Program-made: the position numbers and the translations under genes
Part shown: piece by piece, positions 1-10,260 of the stretch
How the letters are laid out: each line of letters starts with the position of its first letter
Numbering within the stretch: the first letter of the stretch is position 1
From: Spizellomyces punctatus DAOM BR117
Taxonomy: Eukaryota
Direction: 5' to 3' (one strand)
DNA: 64,000 bases
NCBI GenBank assembly: GCA_000182565.2
Contig: KQ257451.1
Notes under the pieces: model-generated
The model's database searches: none
What the model saw: the letters and a program-made list of their open reading frames with translations, nothing else
Told to the model about the DNA's origin: nothing

Positions 1-256
1 AGCCGTTGATGGCGTTGACGCAGTGCTTCGAGTTCCAGAAGCTGAGCATCTTCTGCACCGTGAGAAACTAAGTTTAGTGGAAGGACCTACAGGCAATTTT
101 GGGTGTCATGGGAGAGCTGTAGTTACTTGGTTGTTCACAGGTGGTGGGAGACCTCTGGCGCTCCGACGTGTCCTTTTCATTTTCGACTTCCTCTGCTAGG
201 CAAAGTAGCGGGTCCTCATCTGAAGAGTCGTCGTATGACGTCCCTGTCAAGGTCAT
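1..256 (-). CDS. Hypothetical protein, 5' part only (runs off left edge)
   Basis: ATG at 256 (MTLTGTSYDDSSDED..., acidic/Ser-rich), then a probable intron. The next exon reads AEDAQLLELEALRQRHQR (coiled-coil-like). Divergent from the methyltransferase gene. Confidence 0.45.
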
Positions 257-338
257 TATGTATTCAGCTGCACATTACTTCTTACGATCTCACCAATGCA
301 GCGGAGATAGGTGTCCGAAAGTCCGAAAGTGCTTAGGT

Positions 339-346
339 GTCACGTG
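339..346. promoter_or_regulatory. GTCACGTG E-box (Cbf1/CDEI-like bHLH site) in bidirectional promoter
   Basis: Lies between divergent start codons at 256(-) and 430(+); the same motif recurs in other promoters of the window. Confidence 0.5.
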
Positions 347-429
347 GCGGCAGCCTGGCCGAGTGATCGTGGACAAGATCGCTCCGGTTTACGTTCCTGG
401 TAAGGACTTCAGTGTCCGTGTTCCACATC

Positions 430-1272
430 ATGGAGGGGTCCGTGACTGTAGCCAAAACCTCAGATAAGGAATATCTCTACCACATTGTCAATATACCACC
501 ATACCGCCTGACTATTGCTTCGAGGCTTGAAGATACTGATTCCGACGACGATTTTGTCGATCCGTATTTATTCGACCCATCATACACACTTGCAGCAGCT
601 ACTGGCTTTTCAGTCTGGGAAGGCTCGGTTGCGCTCCTCTCCTTCATTCATTCCGCGCAGAGTTCAGAGGCACAAGAATTTCGCCGACGAGTGCTGGAGA
701 AGCGAGAGAAAGTTGTGGAGCTGGGGAGCGGAACTGGCATCGGGGGGTTGGGGGTCGCTGCTTTGGGTGGGGACGTCCTATGCACAGACGTGGAAAGCGT
801 TTGCGATTTGACGAGATCAAATATCAGACGAAATAGATTGGAAATCTCGTCTGAACGTTGCCCAACGGGTGGGTGGTTTGATTCAGTATCAGTCGGACGA
901 GGAACGGCAGGTGTCCAACCTCTGGACTGGTCGCAGCCAGTATCCGCACAACGCAAACCGAATGATCCAATATCTGCGTCAATAATAATTGCAGCAGAAA
1001 CTGCTTGGCTTGCCGACCTGGCTCCTCTATTTGTGGAAACCGTGGCCAACTTGCTACGGTCTGGAGTCGAGGTATCGAATTGTAAGGTATGCTATTGGGC
1101 GTACAAGGAACGAGGAACGGAAGCCAGCAAAATTTTTACTACAATGTCCAACGTCAAAAGAGCCTTTCACCAAGCTGGGTGTGAGGTAGTCGAGATATGG
1201 AGAGAACGTAGTAAGGAGGATCCAGATAAGCACGTAATCATTAACACCATTCGTCAGACGCGGCTGCCGTAA
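430..1272 (+). CDS. Seven-beta-strand protein lysine methyltransferase (METTL21/Methyltransf_16 family)
   Basis: Single-exon ORF with TGFSVWEGSVAL, SAM motif I VVELGSGTGIGG, post-I LCTD, LDW and motif II IIIAAETAW. First ATG at 430. Confidence 0.88.
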   Translation: MEGSVTVAKTSDKEYLYHIVNIPPYRLTIASRLEDTDSDDDFVDPYLFDPSYTLAAATGFSVWEGSVALLSFIHSAQSSEAQEFRRRVLEKREKVVELGSGTGIGGLGVAALGGDVLCTDVESVCDLTRSNIRRNRLEISSERCPTGGWFDSVSVGRGTAGVQPLDWSQPVSAQRKPNDPISASIIIAAETAWLADLAPLFVETVANLLRSGVEVSNCKVCYWAYKERGTEASKIFTTMSNVKRAFHQAGCEVVEIWRERSKEDPDKHVIINTIRQTRLP

Positions 1273-1487
1273 ACCTATGAGCCTATTATTATGAATTTTG
1301 CACCTAGCTAGCAGTCTTTGGAGGACGTATAGCACTGAAATATCACATTTGGTCCCAATGTCATTGTCTATATAATCGTGCGTTAGGACTAGAGTCTACA
1401 ACCTCTGATCTCTGGCTCTGCGAAGAGATCTGTGCCATTACTGACTATGCGCATCGATCTGATCTTTCGTCTTTGCCACAAAAGTCC

Positions 1488-2785
1488 TCATTGCTTCCAC
1501 TGCTCCCATGGAAACCCTTCCGGAATCAGATCCGGCCGGTCCCATATGAATCCGACCAACCATTCTAAGGCATCGACAAGCCGGGGGCCAGGGCGGTTAA
1601 ACATCTGCGCGAAGTAAAGGAGCGGGGCGGGTTTATTTCGTGTTCCGATACTTTCCATATTATGGGTACCTACCTGATTTCCATCGACAACCGCCACTTT
1701 CTTGCAGGTCTTCATGACCTCTTTCCACCAATTCTTTTCTTGGGCTAACCGGGTTTCCCTTTTACTGTCCTCCAGGTTAAGTCCACATGGGCAGATGATG
1801 AGAATTTCTGGTTTGCTATCTATCACCATTTGTTCTGGCGTGCGTCGGGAAGGTCCCGCACCTGCGTCCTCCGTGGCAGGAGCAACGGGATGAGTTCCAC
1901 CAGCCATCTCGATGAGCTGCGGTGTCCTATCAACGTAGAACATGAACATGCGGACATGCAAAATGTGCATCAACAGAATCCCCTACCAGTGCCCGCCTGG
2001 ATAAATTGGATCTGTCCATTCAATAAACGCAACTCGCTTGCGTATGCCGTGAGCCGCATCAAGGAACGAGCGAGCCAAGGAAGTAGCATTCGCTACTCTG
2101 CTTTCCAAGGACTTTTTGGCGTCCAGCGCCTCTCCCTCCATTCCAACAGCCCGCCCAACCTCGATAATATTCGCCAGCACATCTTGCAGGTTGACGGGAT
2201 TCAAGGTTACAACGAGTGGTGATGGGTTCATCTTTTGAGCAACGCGCTCCACTATCGTTTATTATCCGTCAATTGAAGCCGGTTCGTGAGATTGAGGCAT
2301 AGTGCAACACTGACCTGTTTGCAAATCGATCGCACATACATTGCACAGATCCTAAGTCGAATGAGAAAAGATTGATCAAATGTCCACGGAAAATGACCAT
2401 ACATCTAGTTTCTTAAACAGGTCAGATATCACATTATTACCTGTGTCAAAACGACCTGCGGCTTTAATTCCTCCAGAAGGTTTGTATCTAGCGTGTAGAG
2501 ACTCTGTCCTGCAGCCAATGCCTGTGAAACTTGTTTGTCGACGTCAGCTGATGTAGTGAAAGTAGTTTTTTGACCAGTCAAAATAGGTCTGTTCGTAATG
2601 GTACTAGGGAAGTCATCCTAGAGCGATTTATTATCAACTTTGGAAGAGGCTTTAAGTTCTTGTATAGCACCAACCTCGTGGTTTCTTCCTACTAGCAAGT
2701 GCTCCCCACCAATAATGCATAGCATCTCAGTAGCAGAGGGTAGTAAGCTCACCACTCGAGAAACTTTGGATGTGATTGGGGACAT
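1488..2785 (-). CDS. Bacterial-type BtuF/Fe-siderophore substrate-binding protein homolog (Peripla_BP_2 / TroA-like), no signal peptide, 6 exons
   Basis: Spliced product: MSPITSKVSRVVSLLPSATEMLC..VGRNHE|DDFP..LKPQVVLTQ|DLCNVCAID..FIEWTDPIYPGGHW|TPQLIEMAGG..VDGNQ|MFNRPGPRLVDALE. These motifs match the cobalamin-binding ABC substrate-binding family. Five GT-AG introns. Confidence 0.85.
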
Positions 2786-2846
2786 AATAGCTTTGGTTAA
2801 AAACTTCGAACATCACACAGCGAACGGATTGATGGCACTCTGATCG

Positions 2847-2869
2847 ATGAGTCATAACAAGCACGTGAT
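2847..2869. promoter_or_regulatory. ATGAGTCAT (Gcn4/AP-1 consensus) plus CACGTGAT E-box in the bidirectional promoter of the BtuF-like gene and AGX1
   Basis: ATGAGTCAT at 2847-2855 and CACGTGAT at 2862-2869, within the 266 bp between ATGs at 2785(-) and 3052(+). Confidence 0.5.
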
Positions 2870-3051
2870 CCATTTCCGTTCAGAGGCCGGTGCGATCCGC
2901 CGAGGCATCTTGGTCCACAGGTTTCATGCTCAGATCGGTTCGCATTCCTCGCCCATCTACTTTTCATCCTTGGGTACCTACCACTATTTTGCGTAGCACA
3001 GCATCAACATCTGCGATTTCTAGCCTTTCAGTTCTGCAACAAACCCGAGCC

Positions 3052-4679
3052 ATGTCACACAAGCTTTGCATGATTCCTGGTGAGCACCCGGCATCAACTG
3101 TCTTCTACAGATAGGGCAGCTCCTAAATCTTTTGGGTTGTTAAGGGCCCGTCGAATTCGACGCCGCAGTTACAAATGCGATGGCTACCCCGGCCACATCT
3201 CACGTGGCCCCTGACTTCATTGAAAAGTTTGGCAGTGCGTTGGAGCTGTTGAGGAAAGTTTTCCTAGCACCTGTATGTATGGCACACAGGAACTTCGTTG
3301 GGATGATGTTATTAATTGTTTATATATTTATAGAATGGTCAACCATTCATTGTTGCCGGATCCGGTTTGTGTTTGTTTTGTTGACACCCACGAACTTCCA
3401 AGCTCATCTAAAAATCGTTAGGTACTCTCACCTGGGACATGACCGCTGCCAACCTTGTTGAACCGGGCGAAGACGTGCTTGTAGTTAATACGGGCGTCTT
3501 TGGTGACTGGTTCGGTGAATGGTAGGCAATAGCGACCTTCGAGCAGGTTGGGACTGATGATTTTCTCACATGTCCTATAAAGTCTTGGCGTCTACGGAGC
3601 AAATGTCACCCATGTACGAGCGCCATTCGGCGACCGTCCAACTCTTGAGCAAATAGCGGAAGCTTTAAGCCAGAAAAAGTACAAGCTTGTTACGGTTACT
3701 CACGTGGATACCTCAACTGGTGTATTTGCCGATATCAAATCCATTGCGAAGCTTGTCAAAGAGAAGTCTCCAGAGACCCTCATTGCTTTGGATGGTGTTT
3801 GCTCTGTTGGTGCTGAGGAGATTAGGCAAGAGGAGTGGGGTATGTGGCACACCACCTTTTTTTGTATCTTGCAGAGTGACTGACATTTGATCAGGTATCG
3901 ACGTGGTATTGACTGCCAGTCAAAAGGCGCTCGGTACTCCACCCGGTCTAGCAATCATGGTTGTCAGCCAACGTGCGCTTGAGGTTGCTGCCAACCGTAA
4001 GGCTGGGCCCACCACGTACTTCGGTTCGTTCAAGAAGTGGCTGCCCATTATGAAGAGCTACGAGGCACGCAAACCGTCATACTTTGCTACTCCATCAGTT
4101 CAGTTGATTTTGGCTCTTGAAGTCAGTTTGCAGCAACTCGTGGCGCAGGGGATGGACACTCGCTTCGCGAAGCATCGCGAAGCTTCCAAGAAAGTTAAAG
4201 ATGCTCTTGAACAATGGGGACTTAAGCTGGTATGGGCCTCAGCTTTCTGTGCATCTAGCTGTTTGCAGCGCGGTCATATCTTGACAGATTGTCATAGGTT
4301 CCAGTGAACCGGGAGGTTGCAGCCAACACACTCAGTGCTGTATACTACCCAGAAACTGTTAAGGGACCCGAGTTGTTGCAGAAGATCGGTTCCCATGGTG
4401 TCGTTGTGGCCGGTGGACTTCATCCTCAGCACTCTACCAAGTACTTCCGAGTGGGACATGTAGGTTATGCCAGTCACTTTGATAGTATACATGTGAATTC
4501 TGATGAGCAGCGCATCAGATGAATGTCAGTGCCGTCAATCTAGAGAACCACCATCTCGACAAGACTCTTGCTGCGATTGAGCAATCATTGAAGGTATAGT
4601 AACTGCATCGCTGATCTTTATAAAAGAAAAAGGACAGGCAAACTCAACAGAATCTTTCTAGGAGTTGGGCCACCTGTAA
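3052..4679 (+). CDS. AGX1: Alanine-glyoxylate / serine-pyruvate aminotransferase (class V PLP enzyme)
   Basis: MSHKLCMIPG|PVEFD..ATSHV, VTVTHVDTSTGV, DGVCSVG, PLP-lysine motif LTASQKALGTPPGL, SYFATPSVQ, VVVAGGLH..YFRVGH. Multi-exon; last exon encodes ELGHL*. Confidence 0.92.
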
Positions 4680-4778
4680 ATGTACATTACACACGCACGC
4701 GCTACAATACAGACCTGCCGCTGCATCGTTATATATGTGACTGCTGTAATAAATATACATTCGCTTATACATTTTTCA

Positions 4779-7700
4779 TCAACTGCGCTTCATCCCGGCC
4801 ACGAATTTCCGGAATCCTGATTCAATCTTGCCGCCTGTGGATGTCGTCGAACCGCTTATAGCGTTCATAGCATTTGTAAATGACGATCCTGCAGGGTTTC
4901 CGCTTAGTGTGCCCGTCGATCCACCGGGCAAAGAATCTGTCGGTACACGTCTTTGGAATGCTTCTATCACGGTTTGCTGTTCGACACGCTTGAGTCCCTA
5001 TGTTGGAAGCGTTAAGTTTTATGAAGGTCATGTTATCATCAATCCATGCAAACCAGATCGACATGTGTAAGTCGCACCTTCAGCTCCAAAACCTTTTGGA
5101 AATTTGTCAAGCTGTGGTCATTGAACAGCAACAGGTACGTTTCAACAATGCCTTCTACTGGTTGATAAGGTCTGAGGACCACTTTCAACAGTTGCTCGAC
5201 CTTGGTCACAGCCTTGGTCACAATTTTGATGTATCTGCATCAGATGTGAAGGTAAATACGTCGTTTGGCAGATGAGTCCGTCTAAAATACGCACGTCGCA
5301 GGAGGTTGACTTGGGGTATCGGAATTGATGTTGGCCATTTGAATGAAGATAGTTTTGAGGGCATGTGTGTCAAGGAGCATCTATGTCAACCCGAATGTCA
5401 GCTGTGAGTGAAGCTAAAGTACGACAGCGCCTCATACCTGTTCAGCACCAATTTCTGATACCGGCTTACATCGAAAAATGGTATTGTAATAGCGACCGAG
5501 GAAGGACCTTTGACCGAAAGTGGGAGTATGGTACATTGTTGAACAGACATCTCTTTGAACCGGGAAACGCGTAACACCTACTCGGCAAACTTATCACAGA
5601 ATGTCCTAAAATATTTTGTATTGCTCGCAAAAGTTCGTCGCGCCACCGTGACCGTCGACATCAATGTCTGTGCAATTATTGTCACATACTCGGACTGATC
5701 ACCAACAGCCTCAAGTGTCCCCCATGGGCGTTTCAACATGCTATTGAGTGCAGGTTCGACGCAGTTTTCTATACCGTGAACAAGGATCTTTATCCCGGTG
5801 CTTGAGACGCTACATATTGTAGTAATGAGCCAATAATTGGGCACCAATGCGGAACTCAGTTGTACATACTCGAGGAACGCATCACGCTCTCGGTTGAAAT
5901 TTACCAGTGGTCTAAATTCTTCATCAATCTTCTCGGATAATTTTTCTTCGAGCTTTTTGTACGTAGTTAGATCCGAACGAGGAGCCAACGAAGTTACGTG
6001 CCATTCTACCTGTGTTGTAGTAGTAGTGCAATAATCTCCCGTGTTAATGATTAAACAGGTGATACGAATTTCATCTTCCGTGATTGCTTTCTTATCATCT
6101 CTGTAAATAATATCTGATTTAGTGGCTTCGCTTTCCAACCCAACTTGTTTATTCCTACTTCGGCAGCTTGGAAGATAATAAGTCGGCATATTGCTTCAGC
6201 CATTTGGCAAACAATCGAACCAAATCCAGGAAGGGTTTGTTTGTTGAGAGCTTTGCGCACTGAACCAAAGTCTGACGGTACAAGTAGAACAAATCGGTAC
6301 TCGAAGATAAAACCGCATCTTCCTCCTGCAAAACTGGTCGCGCCCGGTATTGTTCCATGATATCACTCAAAGACCTAGAATTGGAGTATCAGAGACAGGA
6401 TTGAGCTTCATCGATCATGGCGGTCGTAAGTTGACTCGAGCATACCTGTCTTCAATTTCGATGTAATGCCGAAGATATGGCTCGAAGACAGATGATATGA
6501 TTTTGAAAAATCTCGAAGTTTTCGGTGGTTGGACATCATCACTCGTAGGGCCACTTTCTTCCTCAAGATTCTAGGCACGGATTTTTGAGCCCCAAGTTAC
6601 ATCTGTTGAACCGTGTAAACTGCTCACATGTATTCCAAACCGCTTATCAAGTTTCCCCTCAAAGTCCATGGTAGTCTGCAATGCTTGTAGCATTAATTTG
6701 ACATCCATAGAGTTGTCCGCTCTGGCTAGGACTTCTGAGAGATCTTGTCTATAAGCAGACATAAAAAGTAAGTGCCACGTCCATCACCTGAACCCTCAAC
6801 ACCGACCTTGTATCGTGGCAGAACTTATCACAGAGGACCTCTGCAACTTTCCATTCTGGAGGGAATATAACTGCATGGTCTTCATCATATGTTTTCAGGA
6901 GCCGCTTCAACCAAGCATAACGTCGTGACACATCACCCAATCCTGCAACCTATTAAGTGATAATGTGTCTCAGCAGTGTCTCTCATTTGATGTATGGCTC
7001 ATAACTGTACTTTCACACCTCTGGATTGTTGCGGAAAATTCCGCGATAATCTTTCAAATGAATATCACAATACCAGTTGATAAGGCTTTGTCTGCATTGC
7101 AACAGTTAGTGAATTTCATATATAACTTTTTCTAATTTCGTGACCGGTAGTACCTTGCATCCCCTTCCAAAATATTGATGACTAAGCATGCATCGCTCAG
7201 AAGTCCTAGCTGGCTTCGCAAAGCGCCGCCTACAAATCTGTTGCACGTTAATGGATGGCTCGCACTTAACCGAACAACCAGTAGCAACCAACCCTGATTC
7301 AAAGTCGCGGAAGATCTGTCGCTTGATGTCCGCCTGAAGCTGCGTGACACTGTCCAGCAGTGCAGCAATCTGGTTCACGCTGCGATATGTCTTGAAATGT
7401 GCCAGCAGCTGATTTATAACCTAATAGTGGGCAAGCGCGCGTCACACGGGCTGAATGACTTGCTGGTGACTTTGACAACAGTGTTGGGTTTGGAGTCATA
7501 CCTGTACAAGTTGTGCCGCCTCAATATATTGCTTCTTGCCAGCCATAGTTCGCAATTGTTCAACCGCTGATACTTTATTATTACACAAGGTCAGCCGTCA
7601 TGCGAACTAAGTGGAACAAAGATTGGTAATGCCACAGACTGACCAAGCATTTGAAGCCTTCGAAGCACCGTCACGGAAGATGTAAGATTTTTCTTGGCAT

Positions 7701-8358
7701 GATCCAAAGACTTTATGTCTCGAGTTATCTCCTGAACCATGCGTTCCGATTCCGCTGCTTGTTCTTTAATCTGTTTGATGCTGTTGAACAATTCCTGGAT
7801 GGGCCAAAAATATGTTAGAGGAGAAGTCCTTGTGCACGCCAATGAATATCATTACTATTGTACCTGTATGGCTTGCCTAGTTTCCTCCAATTGCTTCTGT
7901 CCCCGGACTCCGGCATCAGTTTGAGACCGTACCAGCTCTCGCATTTCCTTATCCATTGCCCATATTTTGTTTCGCAATTTTGCAAGAACTGTGTCCACAG
8001 TCGCTAAAGAGTCCTCTATTTGGCAAACAAGAAAACAAGCTTAGCCTTGAGCACCTAATAAAGTAGGGCCTCTCCGCGTACGCAGATCGCAACGTCTGCA
8101 TGTTTCGCCAGAACACGATGATAAAGGAGCAAGTATCGCAAATGAATCACTAACAACAATGTACATTTGCATATACCCACCGCCTGGGAATATCAAGTTG
8201 ATGTACTCTATAGGGTCAAAGTCACTAGAGTCCAAGGGATCCTTTGTTTCGAGAATGTTGGAAATAGCATGGTCTAGCTCGGGACTGAGTTTGATCGTCT
8301 CATGGTTTGCAGCCTCTTCAAATTCCGTGGCGACATCTTGTGAAGGATCTTGAGACAT
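4779..8358 (-). CDS. VPS53: GARP/EARP tethering complex subunit Vps53
   Basis: [84 protein letters not shown]; many short introns. Confidence 0.93.
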
Positions 8359-8446
8359 GCTAGTGGTCTATCTAAAAGTGATCACCCCATTGACCGTGGT
8401 GATCTTCGCTGACCACTCGGCAGCTAGTTGGGAGCGGGGACGATGC

Positions 8447-8456
8447 ATCACGTGAC
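8447..8456. promoter_or_regulatory. ATCACGTGAC E-box in bidirectional promoter
   Basis: About 90 bp upstream of the VPS53 ATG (8358) and upstream of the + strand hypothetical gene. Confidence 0.5.
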
Positions 8457-8554
8457 ATGATTAGCCAATGCAATCACGTAAGGTTCAGCAACCACCCCCA
8501 AGAGTATCACATCCGGTACGAGAGTTACAAGATGTCTGGCTTGTCGCTCTCACC

Positions 8555-10112
8555 ATGGACTATCCCCTGTTCCTTACGCCGATTCCTCCAATATTAACTT
8601 ATGTTGAAAGGAGTCTCTCCTTTCGGGTAGGGGCCGACGGTAACAACTTATGCGCAGCGTTCTGTCCGACAGTCACGTGTCACGAGTTGGATAAGCGTGT
8701 TCCTCCAGCGCTCACCCGAAAGCTCCTGCATTCGACCCAGGAGATCTGAGGAGCAGGACACGAGTTTTGAGGTAGGCCACTCGCTGTAAAACATCTGCTA
8801 GAGGTCCGGAAACTGATGCTTCCTTAGAACGATATCTTGTGGATACTCAACCTCATTCAACGCGCTGGGCATCCGCTTTATACAGCAAGGTATTATCTCC
8901 GACGGAGATCGTCTCTCAAAGAGTGAAAGCATGCTGGCGCAGGAGAAGCAAATGGCGGTGCCGGATTCAGATAAACTAAGTCCCAATGACAAGATGTTAG
9001 AGGTATACTGTCCCATTCGTCTTTCAGCGGGAGAAGAATTTGCGCAGCCGCACATTCTCATTTTCCAGAATAACCTAACGACTTCCCGTCCAACAGGCCT
9101 TTGAGCGTTGGGCAACGAATGGTTTTATGGGACTGGCGCATGTTAGGTTGGTATTAAGAGGCAAGATCCTTCCTGCTGCTAGCACGTAGCATCTCATCAT
9201 GCGTCGCCTTATAGAGATCCAGCCGAACTAGTATATCGATTGCGAGAATGGCTTTCAGGCGCTTGTAACTGTCCACCTCCAACTGAAGGCACAGTGAACG
9301 AATGGCTGTGGCAAATGGGGCGACGATTTCCTACGTTTGGCAGCTGGTTGATGGAGAGTACGTATTAAAGAATTCTAATTGTCAATAGTTTTGACACTAA
9401 TGAACATCACGCAGAGCTCAAATCAAACATACTACGGGGACCCTTCAATTCATCTGTTGTACCATCAAGCGCAAGCCCTTCAAGTGCAGCACCCACAGCG
9501 GACCCACCAACCCCTCAGCCGGCCCCGATATCTCAACTTGCATCATCATCTTACAACAATTCCGCATCAGCCCACTGTACATCTCAAACGTTTTCGGCTC
9601 CATCCCAATCTTGCGGCAGCCTAGAGAACAGCTACGGTTCTCCTGCACCCACGGAGAACTGGTCAACTATCACCGGCTCATCTCCATCTCCCCTTCCCAC
9701 CAGCACTGGCCCATCAACTATCGCAGAACGCTATCCACCGTATCCAAGCCGGTTGCAATCTATGATTGGAACTGTCCCGCTGTCTTCACCTACGTCTTTG
9801 GGGGAGTGTCATGCTACCGGATGTCTTGGATATTATTCTCCAACGCATTTCTGTCTGCACAAGCGCCAGAATTCAACCCACTGCCTAGTTCCACCTGAGT
9901 GGACAACGTATGGTTACGATATTGAGGCCGCTTTCGAAAAAACAATCAATCTGCATCGGGAGCTGGAAGAAATCATTGCAACACCTTCAATGACGATTGG
10001 TAGTATCTTAAAAGAGGAAAGCAAGGTAATACAGGCCCTGTGCTTGTGGGAAGAGGCGAAAGCAGTCGGGGGAAAGAGTAAAATATTACGTCTAAAACGG
10101 AGAAAACTATAG
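8555..10112 (+). CDS. Hypothetical multi-exon protein with Ser/Pro-rich linker and Cys/His-rich C-terminal segment (5' end uncertain)
   Basis: The last exon reads open from about 9414 to stop 10112 (..ECHATGCLGYYSPTHFCLHKRQNSTHC..KILRLKRRKL*). Upstream exon candidates have GT-AG junctions. No family recognised. Confidence 0.5.
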
Positions 10113-10260
10113 AGTACTTTGAAAGTCTAAGTTATGTACGTTGTCGCATTGTAATTTATATATATATGTTCGGGCATTTCTACGTCTTGTGGCGCCCTAT
10201 GTCTCGATAGCAGGCCATAAATGTACCGGCCTGAGGAGATCCCACCAAATTCTACGAGGG

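Noticed and set aside
1488..2785. Bacterial contamination or a bacterial ABC operon suggested by the BtuF-like and CyaB1-like genes
   Set aside because: Both genes carry multiple GT-AG introns and are embedded among eukaryotic genes; no permease or ATPase partners are present.
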